Below, in pieces: positions 9,737 through 18,637 of a stretch of 64,000 nt of DNA (position 1 is its first letter; every line of letters begins with the position of its first letter). Source of the stretch: an uncultured bacterium (lineage in GTDB: Bacteria; Planctomycetota; UBA1135; GCA-002686595); assembly GCA_943787795.1 (NCBI GenBank), contig CALSNU010000001.1, positions 32,001-96,000 of the forward strand, in the 5' to 3' direction. Under the pieces are notes generated by a model. That model made no database searches. It worked only from the letters and a program-made list of their open reading frames with translations, and was not told the origin of the DNA. The position numbers were made by a program, and so were the translations under genes.

Positions 9737-10717
9737 ATGTCATTCATGAGACCCACACCCCTCGAGTCCCTGGCCCTCGCCGCGATCACCTGCGCCTCCT
9801 GCGCCAGCGTTGGTCCGCGCTCCGTCCCCGATGGAGCTGTCCCGAGGATGCTGGTAAGTGACGGTGGGCGGGGGTCGACCGCACCCTCACCGGGTGAGTG
9901 GGCCGCGTCCGTGGGCCCCTCGGTCGGTGCCCTCGATCGGGACGGCGCCGTGGTCTCTGGAAGCGCGACCCCCTGGTCGACCTTCGGCTTCGAGGCGGGG
10001 AGCGTCTCCTCGGCGATCGACAGCACGGTGCGGGTCGGGCTCGCGGGGGCAGGCCTGGGGCTCGACCTCGAAGATCTGCTCGGACTCAACAGCTCGAACA
10101 CGACCATCAAGGCCAAGGCCTTCTGGCGGTTCACGGAGAACCAGCGCCATCGGGTGGACCTCTCCTGGCTGGACCTCAACCGGCAAGGGAGCAAGACGGT
10201 CTCCCAGGACATCAACATCGGCAACGGCGAGGTGATCACCGCCGGCACCACCGCGACCACCAAGCTCGACCTGCGGCTCATCAGGGCTCAGTACAGCTAC
10301 TCGTTCTTCCAGGACGAGCGGGTCGACCTTGGCGTGTGCGGCAGCCTCTACGTGTTGCCCATCGACTTCGAGCTGGAGGCCACCGGGGTGTCGGATGCCT
10401 CGGACTCGTTCGGGGTGACCGCTCCGCTTCCCGCGGTGGGCCTGCGCTTCGACTTCGCCATCACCCCGCGCTGGTTGCTCCAAAGTGACCTGAACCTCTT
10501 CTATCTGGAGTTCGATGACTACAAGGGCGCCCTCACCAGCTGGTCGGGGGGCGTCGAGTACCGTCCGTGGGATCACTTCGCCGTCGGCCTTGGCCTGGAG
10601 ACGTTCTCGCTGGGCGTCGAGCAGAACGGCAGGACGGACGTTCCTGGCGTGAACGAGGCGGGCTCCATCGATCTGGGATACGTGGGCCTTGGCTTCTCTG
10701 TGAAGACGCGCTGGTGA
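9737..10717 (+). CDS. Outer membrane beta-barrel protein
   Basis: Signal-like N-terminus (ATG 9737 or 9746), amphipathic strands, APLPAVGLRFDF, C-terminal Trp (FSVKTRW). Confidence 0.7.
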   Translation: MSFMRPTPLESLALAAITCASCASVGPRSVPDGAVPRMLVSDGGRGSTAPSPGEWAASVGPSVGALDRDGAVVSGSATPWSTFGFEAGSVSSAIDSTVRVGLAGAGLGLDLEDLLGLNSSNTTIKAKAFWRFTENQRHRVDLSWLDLNRQGSKTVSQDINIGNGEVITAGTTATTKLDLRLIRAQYSYSFFQDERVDLGVCGSLYVLPIDFELEATGVSDASDSFGVTAPLPAVGLRFDFAITPRWLLQSDLNLFYLEFDDYKGALTSWSGGVEYRPWDHFAVGLGLETFSLGVEQNGRTDVPGVNEAGSIDLGYVGLGFSVKTRW

Positions 10718-10823
10718 GCGTGTCAGCCCGGTCCGCCGCGAGCCGGAGCGCGGCGTGATAGGTTGGCGACGGCGCCTTGGCTCAAGGCCGCCCTGATCCC
10801 CGACGGCTCCCACGCTGACCGCC

Positions 10824-11798
10824 ATGCTCCGAACCCTCCTTCTCTCCGCCGCGGTATGCGCGGCCCCGCTCTTCGCCCACGAGGGAGCTGAGGCTCCCAA
10901 GAAGCCCGTCCAGGTCTTCATCCTCGCGGGCCAGTCCAACATGGTCGGCGCGGGCGCGATGCGCTCCAACCCGGACCGCAACGGGGGCCAGGGGAGCCTG
11001 GAGTATCTGGTCACCGCCAAGGAGTCCAAGAAGCGGTGGGCCCACCTGGTGGACCGTCAGGGCGAGTGGGTCGCGAGAGACGACGTCTGGATCAACTACT
11101 TCGACCGCCACGGCGAGCTGGCCCCTGGCTACGGGGGGAACGAGGAGCAGATCGGCCCCGAGCTCGGCTTCGGGCACGCGGTCGGCGAGGGGTGCGAGGA
11201 GCAGGTCCTCCTGATCAAGGTCGCCTGGGGCGGCAAGAGCATCGGCAAGGACTTCCGGCCGCCCAGCGCCGGCGGAGAGGTCGGCCCCGAGTACACCAAG
11301 CTGTTCGAGGAGGTCCGCGCCGCCCTGGGCTCGCTCGAGGAGCGCTTCGAGGGCGACAAGGGGCAGGGCGTCGAGCTCGCTGGCATCGGTTGGCACCAGG
11401 GCTGGAACGACCGGGTGAACCAGGCCTTCAACGACGAGTACGAGAAGAACCTGGCCTGCTTCATCCGGGACGCGCGCAAGGAGCTGGAGGCCCCCGACCT
11501 GCCCTTCGTCATCGCGGAGACGGGCATGAGCGGTAACGAGGAGAAGCACCCCAGGGCGCTCTCGCTCATGCGGGCGCAGGCGAATGTCGCCGCGTACCCC
11601 GAGTTCAAGGGCAACGTCGCCTTCGTCGGGACCCGGGACTTCTACCGGCCCGGCGACCAGTCACCCTCGAACCAGGCCTACCACTGGAACAGCAACGCAG
11701 AGACGTACCTCCTCATCGGTGAGGGCATGGGAGAGGCCATGCTCGACCTCCTTCCGAAGTATCGGAAGAAGCGTGCCAAGGCGGCCCGCCGCCGCTGA
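10824..11798 (+). CDS. Sialate O-acetylesterase / SASA (DUF303) SGNH hydrolase, secreted
   Basis: Signal peptide; VFILAGQSNM, GPELGFG, WHQGWND and YHW motifs. Confidence 0.85.
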   Translation: MLRTLLLSAAVCAAPLFAHEGAEAPKKPVQVFILAGQSNMVGAGAMRSNPDRNGGQGSLEYLVTAKESKKRWAHLVDRQGEWVARDDVWINYFDRHGELAPGYGGNEEQIGPELGFGHAVGEGCEEQVLLIKVAWGGKSIGKDFRPPSAGGEVGPEYTKLFEEVRAALGSLEERFEGDKGQGVELAGIGWHQGWNDRVNQAFNDEYEKNLACFIRDARKELEAPDLPFVIAETGMSGNEEKHPRALSLMRAQANVAAYPEFKGNVAFVGTRDFYRPGDQSPSNQAYHWNSNAETYLLIGEGMGEAMLDLLPKYRKKRAKAARRR

Positions 11799-11803
11799 GT
11801 GGA

Positions 11804-11859
11804 CCCTGGCGCCTCTGTCCTGGCGCCACTGTCACGGCGCCTCTACCCTGGCGCACCGG
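11804..11859 (+). repeat. Four degenerate 14-bp tandem units
   Basis: ccctggcgcctctg / tcctggcgccactg / tcacggcgcctcta / ccctggcgcaccgg, in the convergent gap at the 3' end of the lipid operon. Confidence 0.7.
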
Positions 11860-11941
11860 CCTGGACGTCGATAGCTATCGAGGACCGTGAGGTTCGCGCA
11901 GAGTGGGCGCAGTCTCGGCGCAGGGCGATCGAGTGGGCGCG

Positions 11942-14503
11942 TCAGGCGGGCGCCGCGTCGGCCATCTGTCGGGCGAGGTTTCGGACGGTGCGGGGCAAGA
12001 AACGCTGCCGGCGCGCTCGGTGGATCACGTGATAGGCCGTGAGCCGCGTCACGAGGAGCGCACGGCGTGCGTGGGCGGCATCGCGGACCCACGCCTCCGG
12101 ATCGAGGCGCACGCCGGCGGCGCGCTCGAGGGCGACGCGATGGGCCTCAACCCAGCGGTCCGGATCCTCCGGCCCCACAAAGGCGAGGAGCTCGACGAGA
12201 TCGCGCTGGGGGACGTCGAGGGTGGCGAGCTCCCAGTCATAGGCGACCAGACTGGGACCCGCAGCGGTCCTTCTGAAGCCCACGTTGCGGGGGTTGAAGT
12301 CCCCGTGGATGAGGGTTCGAGGGGTGCCGGAGGGGCCGTCTTGCAGCAGCCGGTCGAGGGCCTGGGGGAGGTCAGCGCTGCCCCACCTCCCGAAGTCATC
12401 CGAGGCGCCCGATGCGAGGGCGCGCCAGAGCGGGGCGAGCCGACAGAGCCGCTCCTGCGTCGGCGGCGCCCCGATCCACCGCTCGCTCTTCAGCGCCTCG
12501 GCGCGGCCCAGGTAGGCCGCGTGGATCGAGGCCAGGCCCTCCACGGCCGCCAAGAGGTGGCCCTCGGTCCAGTCCTCGGGGCGCTCCGCGGAGTCCATGA
12601 GCTCAAGGTCGCCGAGGTCCTCCATCAGGAGCCAGCGCCGTCCCCGTGCCTCGTCCACATGGGTGCCGAGGTGGCGCGGTCTGTGGGCGGCGAGAGCGGG
12701 GTCCGAGAGGAGCGCCGTCTCTCGTAGGTGAGCTCCGAGGAGTCCTGCCTCGAGCCCGTGGTCGCGCCAACATGCGCCCAGCTCCTCGCTCGCCATGGCG
12801 AACACCCGCGCGAGGACGCCGTGGAGCTCCTCGTCCTGTTGCCGGGCCTTGAGGACCGCGGGTCCGTTGGCCCCTCGCCAGCGCGAGAGTCCGCTGGCCG
12901 AACCGAACCTCCACGCGCCCAGCTCGGCGAGGATGCTGCTGCCCTCGAGGCGCTCCACTCCGAGATGGGTCGCGCCGATGAAGCGCTCCACGAAGGCGCG
13001 CTGCGCCGCGCGTTCGCTCGCCGTCTGTCCTTCGGGGCGGGCGAGGGGCGTGGAGGCTGTAGGTGGGGCATCGAGGTACCCCGAGCGCTCGAGGCCCTGG
13101 GTCCAACGTTCGAGCAGGCCCGTCGTGGGCTCCGGGCAGCGGTGGCCATGCTCTTCGAGCCAGCGAGCGCTGGCCCCCGAGTCCACGTGGGTTCGCCGAT
13201 GCTCCTCGTACTGCTGGGGGAGCGTGCAGGCGTGTTCGCCGCCTGGCCGGGACCGAAGGAATGGCAGCAGCGCCGTGAGCGCGTTCGTCGAGGGGGCGGC
13301 CTCAACCCGAGCCAGCCACTCGTCGTAGGGAACGAGTCGGAGGTCGTGCCCGTAGAGCGAGTGCCAGAGCACCACCTCGCGGAAGGGCCGGGGTCGAGGG
13401 CTCACCAGGTGGAGGGTCTCGCGGCCGTCGCTGCCCAGGGCCGTGCGCGCGGCCAGCGCGGCCGCGACGTGGTTCACCGGGACGGCGTCGACATTCCAGT
13501 CAAGGTCGGGCGCCAGGCCTAGCTGAATACAGCCCTTCATGAGCGCGGAGAGAAAGTCCCCGGGGTTGCCCGCCCCCGTGGTCGAGTCACCCGCGATGAG
13601 CGACGGTCGCGCGATCGTGACGGGCAGGCCCCGACGGCCGGCCTCGAGGACCAGCTCCTCTGCCACAGCCTTTCCCTTGGCATAGCCGAGGTCGAGCCCG
13701 GCGAGGTGCCCGAGGGGTTCGGCGCCCTCGTTCAGCTCGTCGACTCCGTCCCGGGCGTAGAGGACCGAGATGGAAGAGCAGAAGTGGAAGGCCTTCGGCC
13801 GGTGTTCGCACGCCAGCCGGAGCAGCTCGCGGGTCCCCTCGGCGTTGGACGCTCGGAGCCTCTCGTAGGGGGAGACCCAGTCCACCTTGGCGGCCAGGTG
13901 GAGCACGGCGTCGATCTCCTCGCTCAGTCGAGCCCACGTCAACGGGTCGAGGCCGAGCCGCGGCTCTTCGAGGTCGCCGCGCAGAACCTCGATCCGGTCC
14001 TCGGTGCCTTCGAGTCCCCTGGAGGACAGCGCGTCGAGCACGCGGGCGCGGTCGCCCCCCCGAGCGAGGCAGGTCACGCGAGCCTCGGTCTGCTGGAGGA
14101 GCTCGGCCAGGGCATGGGCGCCAAGGAAGCCCGTGGCGCCCGTCATGAGCACGTGCCGAGGAGGTCCCGCCCAGCCTTGCGAGGCAGCCGGCGTGATCTC
14201 GACAGGGAGGGTCGCGTCGGAGCTGGGGTCTGCATCGCTGGTCGCGGCCCCGAGAGTGAGCCGCCTGAGGGCCGCGCGGGGCGAGGGGTGCTCGTAGAGC
14301 AGCGTGTCGGGCACGTGCACCTCGAACCGCTGCCGGAGCTCCTCGGTGAGCTCGACGGCGGTGACCGAATCCAGGCCCAGCTCGAAGAGCGGCGCGTCGG
14401 GGTCGACGCTCTCGGCCGTGACGCCGAGGAGGTCGGCGATACGACTCACGAGCCAGGCGAGGTCCGCATCGTTGGCGCTGAGGTCGGGGAGTGCGAGGGT
14501 CAA
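11942..14503 (-). CDS. Tridomain protein: acyl carrier protein + thioester reductase (NAD_binding_4) + APH/choline-kinase-like phosphotransferase
   Basis: ACP motif LFELGLDSV; Rossmann TGATGFLG, HLAAKV, YAKGK (YxxxK); C-terminal HGDFNPRN and YDWE kinase motifs. The TTG start overlaps the FAAL stop (TTGA, 14500-14503). Confidence 0.85.
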   Translation of the reverse strand: MTLALPDLSANDADLAWLVSRIADLLGVTAESVDPDAPLFELGLDSVTAVELTEELRQRFEVHVPDTLLYEHPSPRAALRRLTLGAATSDADPSSDATLPVEITPAASQGWAGPPRHVLMTGATGFLGAHALAELLQQTEARVTCLARGGDRARVLDALSSRGLEGTEDRIEVLRGDLEEPRLGLDPLTWARLSEEIDAVLHLAAKVDWVSPYERLRASNAEGTRELLRLACEHRPKAFHFCSSISVLYARDGVDELNEGAEPLGHLAGLDLGYAKGKAVAEELVLEAGRRGLPVTIARPSLIAGDSTTGAGNPGDFLSALMKGCIQLGLAPDLDWNVDAVPVNHVAAALAARTALGSDGRETLHLVSPRPRPFREVVLWHSLYGHDLRLVPYDEWLARVEAAPSTNALTALLPFLRSRPGGEHACTLPQQYEEHRRTHVDSGASARWLEEHGHRCPEPTTGLLERWTQGLERSGYLDAPPTASTPLARPEGQTASERAAQRAFVERFIGATHLGVERLEGSSILAELGAWRFGSASGLSRWRGANGPAVLKARQQDEELHGVLARVFAMASEELGACWRDHGLEAGLLGAHLRETALLSDPALAAHRPRHLGTHVDEARGRRWLLMEDLGDLELMDSAERPEDWTEGHLLAAVEGLASIHAAYLGRAEALKSERWIGAPPTQERLCRLAPLWRALASGASDDFGRWGSADLPQALDRLLQDGPSGTPRTLIHGDFNPRNVGFRRTAAGPSLVAYDWELATLDVPQRDLVELLAFVGPEDPDRWVEAHRVALERAAGVRLDPEAWVRDAAHARRALLVTRLTAYHVIHRARRQRFLPRTVRNLARQMADAAPA

Positions 14504-16234
14504 GGCGCCGTGACCTCCGCGGGACGATCGGCGCGCAGGAGCGCGGCGCAGGCGTGGCGCTGGGTCTTCCCGGACGTCGTCTTCGGGAGCTTCCTCGCCG
14601 GTAGGAAGAGGAGCCTGGCGATCGGAGCCTCGTGATCCTTCGAGACCGCGGCGCGGATGGCGCGCTCGACCTCCCTGCGCGTCGGCTCGTCGCAGTCCTC
14701 CACCTCACAGACCAGTCCGACGCCCTCGACGGCGCCAGGGCGCGCGTTCCACGCGACGGCGGCCGCGCCCCCCCGGGCGTACAAGGGCGTGGGCGGCCTC
14801 GGCCGTGCGCTCGATGTCCTGGGGGTAGAGCTTGCGGCCCCGGAGGATGATCAGGTCCTTGATCCTCCCGGTGACGAAGAGCTCCCCGCCCTCGAGGGCG
14901 CCGAGGTCGCCGGTACGGAGCCAGGGTCCGCGACCGTCCGTGAGGTACGCCCCGAAGGTCCGCTCGTTCTCCTGCTCCCGTCCCCAATAGCCGTCGGCCG
15001 CGCTGGGTCCCTTGACCCAGATCTCGCCCACGGCGCCCACAGGCAGGGCCTGCGAGGTCATGGGGTCTGCGATCACGAGCTCCTGCTCGGCGACCGGCGT
15101 CCCGCACGAGACGAGCGTCCTCGACCGTCCGTGGCTCGCGGCGCCGCGCAGCAGGTCTTCGCGGTCCAGCGCGGCGGCGTCCGCCTCCAGAAGGCGCGGC
15201 TGGACGTTCCTCCGGCTGGAGGAGACCAGCAGGGTGTTCTCCGCCAGCCCATACGCCGGGAAGAAGGTCTCGGGTTGGAAGCCAGCGCCAGCGAAGGCCT
15301 CGCTGAAGCGCTCGATGGTGTCGGCGCGCACGGGCTCTGCGCCGTTGGCGGCCATGGTCCAGCGGCTCAGGTCGAGGGTGGCCCGCTCCTCCGGCGTGGT
15401 CCGGCGGACGCACAGCTGATAGCCGAAGTCGGGGGACGCTGCGTTGGTGCCGCCGAGCCGGCTCAGGGCCTCCAGCCAGGTCATTGGCCGTGCCAGGAAC
15501 GCGGCTGGAGACATGAGGTAGCCAGGCTGACGGCGGAAGAGCGGGTGGAGCACGCCTTCGATCAGGCCCATGTCGTGCTGTACCGGGAGCCAGGAGACGC
15601 CGGGCCCCTGGTCCGGGCCGCCGCACATCTCGTAGATGCTCGCGAGGTTGGCGAGCAGGTTGGCGTGGGTCACGCGGACTCCCCTGGGACTGGACGTGGA
15701 CCCCGAGGTGTACTGGAGGAAGGCGAGGCTGTCCGCCTTGGCGGAGGGCCGCTCTGCCGCTGGGAGCTCCGCAGCCGCGGGGAGCCCGTCGACCGCGAGG
15801 CGTTCCAGCGCGCCGAACGGACTCGACGTCTCCGCGTCCAGGGCCGCGACATGTCCCAGGAGGGCGGCTGTGGACAGCACGATCGAGGGCGTGCAGTCGG
15901 CGGCCACGGCGGCCAGCCGCTCGAGGCCCCGTGGACCCAGGGAGGGAGAGGGCGGGAAGACCGGTGCTGCGATGACGCCGGCGCGCAGGCAGCCGAAGAA
16001 GGCGGCGAGGAAGTCGAGGCCGGGGGCGAAGAGCAGCAGGGCGCGATCCCCAGGGCGCAGCCGACCGGCGAGGGCCGCGGCGACGCTCGCGCTGCGGGCC
16101 TCGAGCTCCGCGTAGGTCCAGCTCGCCTCGAGCTCGCCGTCCCTCCCGAGGAAGCCGTAGGCGAGCGCGTCGCCGGCGTCCTGGGCGCGGCTGCTCAGGA
16201 GGTCGACGAGCGAATCGTGTCGGGAGTGCTTCAT
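14500..16234 (-). CDS. Fatty acyl-AMP ligase (FAAL), with apparent +1 frameshift in the C7 run at 14768-14774
   Basis: FLQYTSGSTSSPRGV, SWLPVQHDMGLI, YGLAENTL, WLRTGDLG, GRIKDLIILRGRKLYPQDIE. Removing one base joins the frame that carries LPKTTSGK and ends at 14500 (1734 nt). Confidence 0.88.
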
Positions 16235-17034
16235 GCTCGGCTCCGTTGCCTCGATGTCTTCCGTCGCTGGTGGACGGCGTTCAGGGCGTCGAACACGGCG
16301 GCTCGTTGCTCGTCGAGCGCTTCGACCGTCCAGCCGCCGGTGTCGATGGTGGGGAGGACCTCGACCGTCACCGTGCCAGGGCGTACGTCGAGGCCCAGGC
16401 CAGGGTCCACGTCAGGGGGGACCTCGATGTAGAAGGGGACGATGGGCGCCTGGAGGTCGGTCGCCATATGGAAGGCTCCCCTGTTGAAGGCGCCGAGCTC
16501 GCCGGTGGTGACTCGCATTCCCTCCGGGGAGAGGTAGACGGACTCCCCCGTGCGCTTGAGGGTGGCCGCAGCGCCGGCGAAGATCCTCTTGCGCGCCTCG
16601 GGGTACTCCTGGGGCACGGTCCAGAAGATCCCCGTCACGTAACCGATCAGCCCGATCGGCAGGATCTTGCGCAGGAAGCCGGAGAGGAAGAACCGGGTCC
16701 CGGGCATGCCGAGCGCGATCAGCACGAACATGTCCACCGAGGACGTGTGGTTCGACACGTAGACCGTCTGCGTGCGCGGGAACGGCAGGGCCCCGGCGAC
16801 CTCGAGGCGGACGCCCCAGAGGGCGAGCACCGCGCGCCCGATCCAGGTGCTCAGGGCGAGGTACATGCGCCGGAACTGGAAGAGCGTCAGGACAGCGACC
16901 AGGAAGAGCAGGAGGCTCCCAAGGGAGAGCGTCGTGAGGACGACCGCTGAGAGACACCAGAGGCGCAGGGTCGCCCGAAGCGAGCGCTCCTCGTCGCCGC
17001 GGGCCGAGCGGCCGACGCCGAGGAAGGTGCTCAT
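16231..17034 (-). CDS. Lysophospholipid (PlsC-type) acyltransferase
   Basis: N-terminal TM; catalytic NHTSSVD (HX4D); SPEGMR; GAFHMA...PIVP. ATGA overlaps at both ends. Confidence 0.85.
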   Translation of the reverse strand: MSTFLGVGRSARGDEERSLRATLRLWCLSAVVLTTLSLGSLLLFLVAVLTLFQFRRMYLALSTWIGRAVLALWGVRLEVAGALPFPRTQTVYVSNHTSSVDMFVLIALGMPGTRFFLSGFLRKILPIGLIGYVTGIFWTVPQEYPEARKRIFAGAAATLKRTGESVYLSPEGMRVTTGELGAFNRGAFHMATDLQAPIVPFYIEVPPDVDPGLGLDVRPGTVTVEVLPTIDTGGWTVEALDEQRAAVFDALNAVHQRRKTSRQRSRA

Positions 17035-18053
17035 GCGGGCCTCCGGCAGACCACGGTCTGCATGGCGAGGTTGTTCCTGCGGGCGAGCATCAGCCACGGG
17101 CTGACGAGCGCCTGGCCGAGCAGGTAGCGGCCGAGCTCCTCGCGGGGCACGAAGCCGCGACCGTTCAGCTGTCCGAACCGCCACCCCGCATAGATGTAGA
17201 ACCAGGGCGGGAAGGCGCCGTAGGGGAGATGCGTCTCGACCTCAAGACCGGCGCGCTCCACGGCGCGGAGCAGCTGCTCGCGCGAGAAGAGCACCGTGTG
17301 CTGGGGCGCCTGGAGACCCGGCCAGCGGTCGCCGTACCAGCGCGCGGTGCGGCTGTCGAGGCGCGGCACCTCGATGACCATCTGGCCGCCGGGCCGCAGA
17401 ACCTCAAGGCAGCGCTCGAGCGTCGCGGGCGGGTCGTAGTCGTGCTCGAGGTAGTGCCACATGGTCACGAGGTCCATGGACCCCGGCTCGATGGCGGCCT
17501 CGCTGAAGAGCCCCCGGATGAACCGGTTGTGCTCGAACGCAGGGGCATCGGAGAGGTCCTTGAAGTCCACGCCGATCCCGGAGCAGCCGTGCCGCCGGCG
17601 GACCTCCTCCAGGAAGGTCCCCGCCGCGCAGCCGATGTCGAGCACCCGGGACCCGGCGTCGAGCGGCACGAAGCGGTCGACGAGCTTGCGCTTGTCGCGG
17701 TCGTGCTTGCCCATCACCCACCGGTAGAAGGGGGTCAGCACGCCGAAGTCCGAGCTCTTGCGGTGAGCGATATAGGTGTCGTCGTACCACTCCGCGATCC
17801 CGTCCGCGGGGACGCGCGGGTCCTGGTAGGCGAGCCCGCAGTCATCGCAGGTGTGGAAGGTGAAGCGGCCGGGCTTGCCCCCGAGGTCGTCCTTGGCCTC
17901 GGTGAGGAACGTCTTGTTCGAGCTCCCGCAGGCGTAGCAGTTGACCGGCTCGAGGTCGTGGTGTCCCACCAGCGGCGGGGCCGCGACGGCGGGGACGGGG
18001 GCCGTGGCGGTGGCCGCTTCGGTCGCCTGTTGGTCGGGGTCGGTGAGGGTCAT
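17031..18053 (-). CDS. Class I SAM-dependent methyltransferase with N-terminal CxxC...CxxC (Zn-binding)
   Basis: CYAC...CDDC, VLDIGCAAG, WHYLEH, LRPGG, APQH. Confidence 0.85.
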   Translation of the reverse strand: MTLTDPDQQATEAATATAPVPAVAAPPLVGHHDLEPVNCYACGSSNKTFLTEAKDDLGGKPGRFTFHTCDDCGLAYQDPRVPADGIAEWYDDTYIAHRKSSDFGVLTPFYRWVMGKHDRDKRKLVDRFVPLDAGSRVLDIGCAAGTFLEEVRRRHGCSGIGVDFKDLSDAPAFEHNRFIRGLFSEAAIEPGSMDLVTMWHYLEHDYDPPATLERCLEVLRPGGQMVIEVPRLDSRTARWYGDRWPGLQAPQHTVLFSREQLLRAVERAGLEVETHLPYGAFPPWFYIYAGWRFGQLNGRGFVPREELGRYLLGQALVSPWLMLARRNNLAMQTVVCRRPA

Positions 18054-18637
18054 CGAAGCTCCGGGTCAGTGGCTCGCTCGTGGAGGACGAGCGCGGCGTA
18101 CAGCAGCGCCATGGCGGCGACGCGTGGGGGGGTATCGGCGCCTTCGGTGCCGAGCAGGGCTGCGAGGGCGGGGTACTTGGCGAGGAGGATGAGGGCGTGG
18201 ATCCAGGGGCCCTGGCGGGGCATCGCATACCAGCTGCCCAGGGCGATCAGGAGCGCCACGAGCCCGGCGGCCCGGGCGGGTGCGAGGCCATGGAGCGCGA
18301 CGAGCCCGAACGCGAGGCCGCCGCAGAGCGCCGCCACATGGGGGCTCGTGGAGGCGGCGCGCACGAGGCTGCGCTCGGGGTGGCGGAGGCGGTCGGGCGC
18401 GCGGTCCACGAGGTCGTCGAGCAGCCGCAGGCAGACCACCAGCAGGTAGGCGAGGCCGAGCCGGAGGGCGGCGTCCGTCGCACCAGGCCACGGCGCGCCC
18501 GCCAGGCCAGCGCCGACGATCGCCGTCGCGAGGAGGGGGAAGCGCCACGCTCCGGAGCCAGAGAGCACGCGCTCGGAGAACCATGCGGCGGGTCCTGAGG
18601 CTGCACGGTGCGGACTACTCGTCGACGATACGGACAT
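18050..18637 (-). CDS. Short UbiA-prenyltransferase-like integral membrane protein
   Basis: Several hydrophobic helices and Asp-rich RLLDDLVDRAPDRLRHPER, resembling the first UbiA motif (NDxxDxxxDxxxxxxR). At 195 aa it is shorter than canonical UbiA. Confidence 0.55.
   Translation of the reverse strand: MSVSSTSSPHRAASGPAAWFSERVLSGSGAWRFPLLATAIVGAGLAGAPWPGATDAALRLGLAYLLVVCLRLLDDLVDRAPDRLRHPERSLVRAASTSPHVAALCGGLAFGLVALHGLAPARAAGLVALLIALGSWYAMPRQGPWIHALILLAKYPALAALLGTEGADTPPRVAAMALLYAALVLHERATDPELR

Noticed and set aside
9592..10281. 660-aa version of the Omp85-like ORF, and long N-terminal extensions of the OPT, CarS-like, S9, S8, gluconolactonase and DUF1501 ORFs
   Set aside because: The extensions overlap genes on the other strand or frame; downstream starts give signal peptides or stop/start overlaps.
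11942..16234. Conventional NRPS/PKS or carboxylic acid reductase
   Set aside because: No condensation or ketosynthase domain; the adenylating enzyme has FAAL-type motifs and is a separate gene; the reductase carries an extra kinase domain.
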